Assembly (NCBI GenBank): GCA_964016885.1
Contig: OZ024745.1
Location: 41,726,001-41,790,000 of the forward strand
Direction: 5' to 3'
DNA: 64,000 nucleotides
Source of the DNA: Eledone cirrhosa
Lineage: Eukaryota
Part shown: one piece after another, positions 1 through 11,943 of the stretch
Layout: every line of letters starts with the position of its first letter
Position numbering within the stretch: the stretch's first letter is position 1
Made by a program: the position numbers and the translations under genes
The notes under the pieces: model-generated
Told to the model about the DNA's origin: nothing
Databases searched by the model: none
Seen by the model: only the letters and a program-made list of their open reading frames with translations

Positions 1-173
1 ATCGTATAGCCAAGATGCTGGAGTCTGTAGCACGGTAACAAATGTGTAAGTTTTATACTGTTTGTCGTGTTTTGTTTGTTTGTTTGTTTGTTTGTATGGT
101 TGTTTGTTGGTGTTTTTGTTGCCATTTGTTGATTGTTTATTTCTGTCTTTCATTTTTTTTTGTCTTTAAATGT

Positions 174-373
174 CTAATCAGCACTGAAATATGAATTTTG
201 CATGGAGTATAATTTGTCTATTGGGTTTATCACAGGCCCCGAACTGAGGTTGTTATGCGTGTTTGCTTCTGTCATTAAAACATGGTCTATATTATCCATG
301 CTTTCATCCAGTCCCCCGTCTGAATAAAGTTGACTTTCACTCAACGGTGGTTGACTTGTATACAACTGGGAGC
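174..373 (-). CDS. Lmx1: Lmx1 terminal coding exon
   Basis: Acceptor ttttctttattttag, phase 1, TAG stop at 176-174. Ends GPVINPIDKLYSMQNSYFSAD*, the conserved LMX1 C-terminal motif (NPIDRLYSMQxSYF). Summed exon lengths (862 nt minus 1 split base = 287 codons) keep the frame. Confidence 0.93.
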
Positions 374-694
374 CTAAAATAAAGAAAAAAATATTAATAC
401 AAGATAAATCCTTCCAAGATATACATACACACACATACATAAATACACACACACACACACACACGCATATTTATATATATATATATATTTATTTTTTATC
501 ATTTATTTTGTTTTGACATGTTTAGCTTGATTTGGGTGGTTAATGCCTTCTTGACTACCTTTTCAGTTTTGTATGGCTTCTTAACATATTGTTTAGCTCT
601 GGTTTTTAACTATTGAGCACTTTGCCAGTATCATTTCTGACTTTTGCGTTTCGTTTCGCCTTTCCTGCCCGCCGAAATGCGATTCTCGCTGAAT

Positions 695-763
<69 letters not shown>

Positions 764-765
764 TG

Positions 766-811
<46 letters not shown>

Positions 812-860
812 GGAGAGGGGGAGAGAGATATGTTATGCATATATATATATATACATATAT

Positions 861-919
<59 letters not shown>

Positions 920-922
<3 letters not shown>

Positions 923-989
923 ATAATAATAAAATTGAAGACTAAAATCCAAAGAGGGCTCGATAAGGAAAATATATATTGTTATTTTA

Positions 990-992
<3 letters not shown>
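920..992. mobile_element. Short (TA)n-embedded repeat, family 'gtaataataataaa..gaagactaaaatccaaagagggctcgataag'
   Basis: Near-identical copies at ~4983-5075 and ~28921-29110. The related ttaaaataacag..agtttaagcaaag segment recurs at 52536-52603. All lie in (TA)n. Confidence 0.7.
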
Positions 993-1044
<52 letters not shown>

Positions 1045-1162
1045 CATACATATATATATACATATATATATATATACATATATATATACATATATATAAA
1101 TATATATAATATACATATATGTATATATATATATATATGTATATATGTATATTTATATAAAC

Positions 1163-1202
<40 letters not shown>

Positions 1203-1284
1203 GTTATTCCGGGTTGAATCGGAGGTAACCACAGTAAGTAAGGTACTCAATACATAGCAGAGTATAACAGTTTTAATATAGATG

Positions 1285-1335
1285 AGATTCTACAGGACTA
1301 GAACTGTTTCATTCATTTGAAATCATCAGGAATCT
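1285..1335 (-). ncRNA. Type I hammerhead ribozyme motif in a (TA)n-embedded element
   Basis: Minus strand reads agattc-CTGATGA-t ttca aa tgaa t-GAAA-cag ttctagtc ctg-TA-gaatct. Perfect 6-bp stem I, intact core, 3-bp stem III and GUA cleavage triplet. Stem II is short and closed by U-U. Confidence 0.7.
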
Positions 1336-1505
1336 GACCTCTTCAGGCAGTCCGAATTGGTGTGGGAAAGATAGGTACACATGTTCATATGTTTCCAGTT
1401 CCTCAGAGGAATAACAACACTACCAGGAGCTAGACATATCGATGGGTTGACGTAGTAAAACACACTTCAACAACATGTGTTCCTGTCTTTCCCACACCAA
1501 TTCGG

Positions 1506-1560
1506 ACTGCCTGAAGAGGTCACAGCCAATGATGGCTGTCACCGAAATATATATAGCAAT
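1506..1560 (+). ncRNA. Minimal type I hammerhead ribozyme motif (Penelope-like element type)
   Basis: actgc-CTGAAGA-ggtcacagcca atga tggctgtcacc-GAAA-t atat a-TA-gcaat. Stem II is 11 bp with one mismatch, stem III is 1 bp with a palindromic tetraloop, the cleavage site is AUA, and stem I has 4/5 pairs. Confidence 0.65.
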
Positions 1561-1633
1561 ATATCTATAACTTATAATAAACAAAGCCAAATTTTACATA
1601 TTTGACTTAATTATTTTATATATATATATATAT

Positions 1634-1779
<146 letters not shown>

Positions 1780-2384
1780 TGTTATGCTTTGGGAGGGTCA
1801 TGTTGTCAATAAGAAACACACGCACCAGTTGCTTTCACTCCAATTTATTATAAATTAAATTTATAAATTTAAGAATTTATAATTTATAAATTTCCGGTTG
1901 GTTGGTTGGTTCCATAACCGGACAGTTGTTCATATATTGTCAAAGTTCTTTCGTCACACATTCTGTGACTGGGGATTCTTTCTATTTTTTGTGCCTCTCC
2001 TTTGTTCTGTCCTACACCATCTTGTTTTTGTGTGGGTTGTGTGCTTAGTTTGCGCATGTGTTACATCCGGGTGTCTGTGTGTGTTTTTATTTGTTTATTT
2101 ATTTGTTTATTTACATGTTACTGGTTGGTTGTTTGTTCTATGTGTGTGTGTGTTTTCATTTTGTCCTTAATTGTAAGTTGTGATGTTACTATTCCATTCA
2201 TGTTTTCTATTTAATTTTGATTGGTGTTCATTTATGTTTATTACCTCTGTGATTTGTCTAAACATTGCGTCTTTTCTGTGTGTAGATTCTATTTTTATTT
2301 TTATTATTATTATTATTTTTATTTCTATGTTCCCTAATGTTCTCTAATTTGCCCTTATGTATATATATTTATATATATACATAA

Positions 2385-2517
<133 letters not shown>

Positions 2518-4314
2518 AAATTCACACACATATATACAAGATATGAAAAATACAATCACACAGACAAAGAAGAATTATTCAAGGTTCGAAACTAATTGTA
2601 TTAATTTATTACTTCATATCTTATTGTTTTTACACTCCGTCTATTATACCGTATGGACCCAGAAAATTCAAACATGCATTTTGATGTTGATTCAACTTCG
2701 AGTAACAATTGATACCAGCATTATTATGTGGTAAATCGTAGTTTTCTCCTGGCTAGAAACATATTTACCTATGGAAGTCATATTGACTAATTTTGAGGGA
2801 TACTGAAATCATAATTTGTGGTAGACAGTTTTCCATTATATACATCAGCTAACCATATAAGCTATGTATCTCTATGATCACAAAAGCCGGAGGTTTTAAA
2901 AATGAGAAAATATTAATATTTTAGTGCAAATATACAAAGTACGAATACACATTACACTAGAGTAGATCAGTACTAACACTTCTAGGATGGTATTATGCCC
3001 CACGAACACTTATGCTCTTTATAACATGACTGACGCACAGCCCTCAACGTGTCTCCTCTGCATCGTAATTGGTGCACCCGCCTATTATCTTGTTACGTTT
3101 AATTGTATCTCTTAATCGAGTCACGTATTAGTCACCTTACCAAAATCTCCCCCTAGGAAATGCCACCCCCTCCCTGATTTCTCGTCAACCATTCTCCAAT
3201 TCAAACTAAATATATGTATTAATCTCCCCTAATTATTCTTATCTCCTGAGTCTAGGAGCTTCTTTATGTGTTTGGGTATTATTTTATAAGATGCGTAGAG
3301 ATATTTGTTTTCCTATGTCATTGAAAATAAAATAACATTTAAAAAATCAGTTATCATTTGATAGTCTCTTTGAATTTCATCCATACACAATAGTTTAGTG
3401 ATGTTAAATATAATTCGGCTCTAGTATCAGTCATTTCCCATTTTTACTTTAAATCTGAGTTGTACAGCTAGAGTGTTAGGTATTTGATGTGTTTAGGGTA
3501 GCATCAATGGTACATAGAAAATCTAGAATAGAATATCTTTGTTCAATCAAAATATTTTGGTGTGTCCATCTTTCCTTCTTTAAGTTTTGTGGCTGTCTTA
3601 TGATGTTATTAGTTGTGGGACTTTCATGTTTCCTATTTTTCATTTTCTTCCCCTCTCATTAAGCAAACGATTTTTTTTATGGTGGCGGTGGGGACTTACC
3701 TATCCTATTACCTATAATGCTATATATCTACACTGTGGTGGTTTTGTAAGCAATAGCTATGTACGTTTGAACCCTGTCGTTTTTTCTTTCTAAATAAATA
3801 CATGTATCTAACACGAAATCTTAAATCGTGCATTCTATGACCAATAAAAATAGGTTTACAGATTTAGGTTTAATTTGACATATCTTGACAGGAACATTTT
3901 ATTATATTGAAACTCTACTATAAGTTGTCTATACATTTTAAAGTTTCAGTAGGTTTTTAGGATCAATTTTGTCAATCAAATATTCTTATCTGTAGAGTGT
4001 TAGCTTAAAATTTCCACTTTATAGTCTCTTTCTTGCTATTATGTCTGCTTAGTTGAGTTCTTATTTACTTTTCGTCTCACTTACTCTCTCTATCTCCAAT
4101 CTATTCCTCCAAGAAATGTCATCGATTATATACTGTTCCCTAATGGGCTCAAAGCTATTTCGTTGCATTTATATTTTCAAGCACAATTTTTGTCAGTAGA
4201 GCTTGAAACTTTATTTTGCCTTACGCTACACAGAATATGTCAAATACGTGGAAAGGCGTTATATAACGTACAGAATCTTTAATTGGATCCTCTGGTTTTA
4301 GTGCGATCTATTGT

Positions 4315-4388
<74 letters not shown>

Positions 4389-4904
4389 ATGTATATACAC
4401 ATGTATGTATATGTTTGTATATATTTCTGCTTGTCGTTCATTATTAATTGCTAGCTTTGGGAGATAATCCTTAAATTCCATGCTTGTATGCTCCACCTTA
4501 CTAAAGGTATTTCTAAAGATACCCTTAAACATGATATTTATTGCTTGTTGATTTCAAAGAAACCATCCATTAAATCGGTTAGATGTAAATATTGCTTAGG
4601 TTTGATTACTGCACTCTTCATTAATTGGTTCGCTAGGTTTTCGCTCTCGCATGAATATCCACTTGCCTCTCCTTTAAAGCATTCTCCTTATATTTTATTT
4701 TATCTCTCTATATTTTAGCAGTGGGCAATTTAACTGTTCTCAGTTATTATTACTATGCCATTAACATCCCACTGGCGTGAACTTTGCTTTCTCTCTATTT
4801 GAGATTCGATAAAATAAGTACTAGTCATTTAATGCTGTTGATTCAGTCTACGGGACCCCTTAACTTCAAGTTTTTGTCTTTCTTCTCGCTCACATTTCGA
4901 TCAC

Positions 4905-4963
<59 letters not shown>

Positions 4964-5069
4964 ATATATATATATATATATAGTAATAATAATAAATGTG
5001 AAGACTAAAATCCAAAGAGGGCTCGATAAGCAGCGATTCTTTGGATTCTTTGGTTAAACTTTAATGTTA

Positions 5070-5150
<81 letters not shown>

Positions 5151-5164
5151 ATAAGTGTGTGTAT

Positions 5165-5241
<77 letters not shown>

Positions 5242-5287
5242 AAGGTATATTTGTGTGTGTATTTATTATCACTATTATTATTATTAT

Positions 5288-5500
5288 GGGCAGTGGATTG
5301 GCAGTATCGGTAGAGCGTCGGACAATACAGACTTACGACCCTTTACGTTCTGAGTTCAAATCCCGCCAAGGTCAGCTTTGACTTTCATCCTTTCGGGGTC
5401 GATAAAATAAAGCACTAGTAATGCACTGGGGTCAATTTAATCGACTTTCCCCTCCCCTAAAAAAATTGTTGGCCTTATGTCTATAGTAGAAACCATTATT
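5288..5500 (+). mobile_element. tRNA-derived SINE, full length
   Basis: A-box-like tggcagtatcgg, B-box gagttcaaatccc, central tttcatcctttcggggtcgataaaataa (resembles the Meta-type SINE domain from memory), (ATT)n tail. Many copies in the window. Confidence 0.85.
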
Positions 5501-5777
5501 ATCAAAAGTCTGTTTACACAATGTACTTAATATAAACAAGAATTTTCTATCATACAATCGGAGGAACCAAAATATCTGGCATTATCGTCCTGTGAAATAC
5601 ATTTAAAGTTCTTCATTTTACGTTGAAATTTAAACAATGCTTAGTCTTATTTGTTTGAAGAAAATACATGTTTAATGGGTTTTTGTGGAAATTGTTGTGT
5701 TTACTCGCTGTGCAGGTAGACAAATATTGAACTATGTTTTAAATAGTCAATGCGACGTAATAGAGGTAGAAACATAC

Positions 5778-5861
5778 TTCGATGTATTGGCTTCTTTTCG
5801 TAATAGGTAAGTTGGTCTTCTGCACTATCGTACTGTTGGCAATCAGGTAATGGAGGTAGTC
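5778..5861 (-). CDS. Lmx1: Lmx1 exon: C-terminal region
   Basis: Acceptor ttttgtgtttcag, donor gtatgt; 84 nt, phase 1 to 1. Translates LPPLPDCQQYDSAEDQLTYYEKKPIHR in frame with flanking exons. Confidence 0.75.
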
Positions 5862-7298
5862 CTGAAACACAAAATACTAAGGTATCAATATCTGCGCTGA
5901 CTTCTGATTCACTACAGCACATACACAGTCTAACATTTCTCACCATCTCGTTCTTTAGAGGTTTCAACGTGGAGAGAATAATCGTTATAAGAAATATTGG
6001 TGTTTGTTATTACTTACTAAGATTCAGACGTTTATTATACAATCAATCCTAAATTTCATGGCTTTTATAATATTTTGACAAACCATGGCGTGGCTGTATG
6101 TTTTTAGAGGATTAAGTCCACAACAGGGTTTCTCATTGGATTTGTTTAATTAGTGTCAGATAGTCATATACGATTATTGTTTAACACAAGCAGTTGATTG
6201 GTGGAATTGCTAAGACCTGGAATAAGAGAGAGGCCTTGCTGTATCTACTCTAGCTCTGTATGTTCTAAGTTCAAATCCCGTAAGCAGAAAAACAGTGCTG
6301 CTTCTACCAGGAATTGCAACCGACAGATCGTGTCTGCAACAGCAACAGCTTTTTTCGATTCGATTTAAAGGTCGGATTTTCCTTTTTCACACATACATAT
6401 ATACATCACCATATACATGTGTATATATATACAATACCATCGATGTGTTTATTTCCCAATATAATCAATAGAATTTGCGTCTAAGATGTACAAAGAAGAT
6501 CCACTATAACATTTGCTATCCTCAACTATCTTCTATCTTCGAGAACCTTAAGCACAGGCAGTTATCCACAAGCCAAAGATCCATATCATTATCTTTTATG
6601 CTTCTAAGTTGAATGAGTATGATCCAATATTTCACTCAGAGTATAAATTTTAATGTAGAAAAATGTAGAAAATCTCGAACGCAGGAAAATAGTCGTGAAC
6701 ACGGTGTTAGAATATGGGATAAATATCCCTATAGAGGAAAAAACTGCTCAGCAGCCGCTACAGAGAAGAGAACTCTGCACCTCACAGCCAGAATTAGAGA
6801 GGTGTTTGCTTCTCCGTAGCGGCCACCCACTGTTCACTTCTTCAATGTATAGATGTATTTTACTCAATTTTCGAAAGCTGTGTTCACGGCTATTTTCTCG
6901 TGTTCAAGATTTTCTACATTTCTAAATATTTCAACTCAATCGACGCTCTAATTTTAGTAACAAAATGTTGTCATGGACATTAATGTAACACTTACTGAAT
7001 TATGGAAAATAGTATCTAATAAAACGCATATTAACTATAAAAGAATTGAAGAACATTGTGGATATAACCCCATTTTCCGTCGCTACTGAAATTATAACTA
7101 TTAGTCACTGTAACGGAAGAGTACGTTTAAATTTCCCATGAATATATGTGTATATATTGGCAGTAGCATCTGGTAGAATGTGACATGTTCACAGAGCAAA
7201 TGAGAGAAAATAATTATTTTCGTAATGAAAAAATATTTTTTCTTTGATAGCGAGGTTTTCACATGGTTATTGTATATAAACATATAGTATATACTTTC

Positions 7299-7358
<60 letters not shown>

Positions 7359-7489
7359 GTGTGTGTAGAGGGAAGGAAGTGCATGTGGAAATATAGTTTA
7401 TGTTTAGTAGGATAATTTGAAATTTACAAGGGAAAGGTGGCGAGAGTGATTGAGATAACGAGAGAAGGGGAAAGATAATTCTTTGATCA

Positions 7490-8210
7490 GTAGATTGTTT
7501 TCCGAATAAAGAGCTCATATAGTCATACTACGGCAAGTCTTTGAACAATCGTAGGAGTACTGCCAAGAGTGTATTCTTGGTTTCAATGTGTGATTCGGAC
7601 TCCTCAGAGGGTGCATATTGTCATATCTGTTCATAATCTTCATGAACAGGATTGCTACGAACAGCCGGACTGGAAGAGGTTTCACGTCTGGCAGATGTAG
7701 GATCAGTTGACTGAAATTTACAGACGACATGGTATTATTTAACTCGTTAGAAGATGATCTCTGACATGAACTTGATATGTTTGATGCTAAGTCCTGCACA
7801 GCTGGAATGAAAATTGATGTTGCGAAGACCGTGATACTCGTCATCCCAAGGAAGCGAATACAAGCAGCTGAAATGGGGTTCCTCCTGAGGCTCTTTCGAG
7901 TAACGTTACTCGATGGAGAATCGCTCTTTGTAGAGCCGCTACTACTCCGAATTGAGATGTCTCAGCTCCAATTCTACGGGCATATAATTAGAATGTCTCA
8001 GGAAAGTATCGTTGGATTTTACGAGCAACACCATCGATAGGAGACCCAGGGATAAAGCCGAATAAGATGGTTGAATAACATCCATGGGCTCAGCTGGTCT
8101 CGCTCGGGGATCCAACAGGATCAATTAGGGATGGTTGCTTTTGGCATTACTCTGTGGAAAGAGTGTTTGAGGACACTGCTCCAACGACCCTCCCAAGAAG
8201 AAGAAGATTT
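7490..8210 (+). mobile_element. Degenerate RTE-clade LINE fragment (RT domain and 3' end)
   Basis: Broken frames give GLLRGCILSYLFIIFMNRI (QG-x-LSP-like), LKFTDDMVL (FADD-like) and RIQAAEMGFLLRL..VEPLLLRIEMSQLQFYGHIIRM, typical of RTE/Expander elements. Frameshifts and an internal deletion are present. Confidence 0.8.
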
Positions 8211-9936
8211 GGCGTAAGAATATTGTATTTATGATGGGTAGGTTTATGAAGGCTAGGTTAAGCGAGTTACTTCCTCTTGCAATAAGTATGGAGGTGAGTG
8301 AAGAAAATATGTAATAATTCCATGTTTAGTGATATATGAGATTTGTAGGGAATTAAAATCTGTTTAGAATTGAAATATTTCTCTGGTTGAAAGAGACATT
8401 CAAATTTCCGTGTTACAGTTTAATATTTACAGCTTCCAGGAAAGCTCATTAGCAGTAAGCATGTAAAGTTGATTAGCAACGTTAAAGTTGGAATGTAAGT
8501 ATGTGATACAGCTACTTCTGCTAAAAATATAGAGCACTACAGGATCAAGAATTATTGGATCTCTACAGGATTATATATCACCAGTGTGACCTGCAGGATT
8601 TTTCAGGAAATAAATCTTCAGGAAGTGGTGAACAGAAGGGAATAGATAAACCGGAAGAAGTGAGTGAAGGAGATAGATTTGTTTCAAGGGATCATTTGTA
8701 TAGTTATTTAGCATTGAGGATGCACAAATGAGTATATTCGAATATTCAAAGAATTTAAGGTTTACATGAAAATTCAGTATGTTGTTCTTGTATAGTTATC
8801 GAGCAACCTTAATAGAGCAGACCTATGATCAAAGATGTTTCACACATGTGCATCCCTTATTTCCATTACATTACGCAGTGAATCCTTCCTTTTTTAAAAC
8901 GTTAGGGTGTGATTTGAGGGAGATTTGGCTGCTGTTTCTAACAGATAAACCCATAACATAAAGACTTGTTTTTTTACTGCGAATTCAGTATATGTGTTGT
9001 TAGTGTAGTCTCATCAATAGTAAAAGTATTGTCAAGCGGGAATTAATAAGGATATCTTATTATTCAAATGCAAAGGTCTAATCTTCGGTAGTGCTTCTGT
9101 ATTACTAATAGACATAAAATGTGGGTTAATGTGGTAGAAGACAGAGGTCCATGGGTGGAGTTTGTGTTTAGAAATAAAGACGAAGTGTTCAATGTTTCAG
9201 GCAAGCTATAAGAGATGTGTGTAATAAGAGATCACTCGATATAAATTGATAAGAATATCCTACGTTTTAGCTTTCACACCACTTGATCCAGTTATGAATA
9301 CAGATAGGTTAAATTGCAAGCATTGAACTATTTGAGTAAGATTTTCTTATAAAAGCTGAGTTGATAATAATGCAAGACATAAAGTGATTAAATAATTGAA
9401 CGTAGTTTGGAGAGATTTAGTGTGCAGATGACTGGAGAAATTCAAGATACATTCAATTGATAGAACTAGAATCTTTATATGACTTAACACATAGAAAGAT
9501 GCTAAGTTACACGTTAGCATAAACATAAGCTTAGAACTGAGTTAGGTATTGGGTACACAACGGAAATAGTAGACATGGCTACTGCTGAGGAGCTACAGTA
9601 ACAAAACAGAATATTTCAAACATATTCTATTACTGTCAATATTCTTCTATTAGAATATTGCATAGTAGCATAAGAGTAGTTCCCGTTATATAGCTATTGA
9701 CTGGTAAAATGAGTATTGTTAACATTAATTTAAGGGTTTACTTTTAAAGATAACTAAAAAACTTATAAGATCGACATTAACGTATAAACAGGAAGGTCGA
9801 TAGACCTTGAAACTTACTAAATATAAATTATGTTGTTTGAACGGAAGAATGATGTTGTGTTTGAATGACCATATCTTACAGTGATCCTAAACAAAATAAT
9901 AACTATTTTAATTTGGACAATGAATACATTACTCAC

Positions 9937-9978
9937 GTGTCATATTTGATTCACTGCCATTTACAGGACCTCCACCAT
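9937..9978 (-). CDS. Lmx1: Candidate 42-nt symmetric (phase 1-1) Lmx1 microexon
   Basis: Acceptor ttattcgctattgtag, strong donor gtgagt. Open in the required frame: (D)GGGPVNGSESNMT. It is a GC-richer island in an AT-rich intron. No homology support. Confidence 0.55.
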
Positions 9979-10074
9979 CTACAATAGCGAATAAGTTGAA
10001 ATTATGTATCAATATAAACACGCAATTAAATACACGCATACATAAACACATTCACAAAGACACTCATAGACAGA

Positions 10075-10250
10075 TATTCTTGCTAACATTGGCATAAAGC
10101 AAACAATTTGAAGGAAGGGCAAGTCAATTACATCGACCCAAATACTTAACTGGTAGTTTATTCTATCGATCCCGAATAGATGAAAGACAAAATTGACCTC
10201 GGAGCGAATTAGACCCAGAATGTAAAGAGCCAGAAAATATACCGTAATAA
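10075..10250 (-). mobile_element. Diverged SINE copy
   Basis: Reverse complement of the 5288-5500 SINE body (tggtagtttattctatcgatcccgaatagatgaaagacaaaattgacctcgg). Confidence 0.7.
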
Positions 10251-10255
10251 CATTT

Positions 10256-10313
<58 letters not shown>

Positions 10314-11537
10314 TCACACATATATGTAAGAATCTAGATATGTTCATTTAGAAAAAATAATTAATTGTTATAACGCCAATAGTTACTACGTAATATACAT
10401 CTTAGTTTGCTCTAACTAAAAATTTCAATATGTATAATCGATTACTGCTTTGAATGAAATAATTGTCTTTTAGACAATTCCGAAGTTTGCTATTTTAAGA
10501 CAATTTGAGAAGCCTCTCCACAGGGAGTTGACACGTTAAATCAGCAACTATATTGCCACATATTTCGACAAGTAAGACTAGAACAACAGAATCAAGATTT
10601 ACTTGAAAATTTTATTTTAAAGCTAACACAATTATGTGGCCCGTTCGAAGACACATTATATCTTCAATTCACAATAGAAAAGCATCATACTTTTCTTATG
10701 TACTAACATACTTTCAAAATAAGCGTGAAGGCTTAGATCGGCAGTGTGTAATGCTGTTGTAGAAGGATATAATTCAAGGTTTTCAATGTTTCGAATTCAA
10801 CCCAGCGAAATTTGCTGAGAGGAGCAGAATAATATCGAACGCATGTATTATTAAATTAATACAAGACATGCAAGGATTGATAAAACTAATATAAAAACAA
10901 TATCAAATTTGATAAGGATTAGCAAAGCAAAGCCGGAAATCTTTAATAATTATCAAGTTAATATGCAATAATTTTTTATTGCCTAATATTTATCTATTAT
11001 CATATAAGACAACAAGTAAACGGCTGAACCCCTCCCCACCAACTTTTCAGATGAGAAAAGTTATCTAAAAGTTACATAAAAGAAATATAATTTAAGAAAA
11101 ACAAAGCCCATATACTTTGATGTAATTGCTTATATTTTCCTTCTTTCTTTTCTTCATATTTTAAAAGAAAACTGTTATTAAATGTTGTTATTAAATTAAA
11201 TGTTAAGCTTTAAAATATTAAAAATTCTTTGTGGTATTGCAACAACGAAAACAATAATACTATCAAGAGCAATACTAAAAAACAGAATCATATTAAATAT
11301 CCTAATTAAGACAAGAAAAAAAAAACGAAAAACAAAAACATTTTTACTATATCTTGCAGGGTTGAATAACAGCAGTTAATATTACACAAAATATTACATT
11401 AGATAGTTTATATTTGAGCACACTTCGACAAATTTCAATCTACTTGTATATATATATAAACACATGCTCATTTGTATATATATACTCTATAGTGTTATAT
11501 AGTTTTAAGGGTTCAATATCCACGAGAAAATTTTATT

Positions 11538-11568
<31 letters not shown>

Positions 11569-11591
11569 GTATATAGTGTATATATACATAG

Positions 11592-11622
<31 letters not shown>

Positions 11623-11641
11623 TATAGTGTATATATACATA

Positions 11642-11719
<78 letters not shown>

Positions 11720-11803
11720 ATGTGTGTGTGTATAAACACTCTCATACACACATATGTAGAGAGAGAAAGAAGGAAGGAGAGAGACAAACACGTGTGATGC
11801 ATG

Positions 11804-11853
<50 letters not shown>

Positions 11854-11890
11854 GATGTGATATATGTATGTACGAACGCACGCACATATG

Positions 11891-11943
<53 letters not shown>

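Larger units (their letters stand above)
1199..1616. mobile_element. (TA)n-flanked element with internal inverted repeat and two outward-facing hammerheads; probable Penelope-like pseudo-LTR remnant
   Basis: Bounded on both sides by (TA)n. Inverted repeat ~1335-1385 vs ~1472-1522 (2 mismatches). Hammerhead motifs on both strands. Confidence 0.6.
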
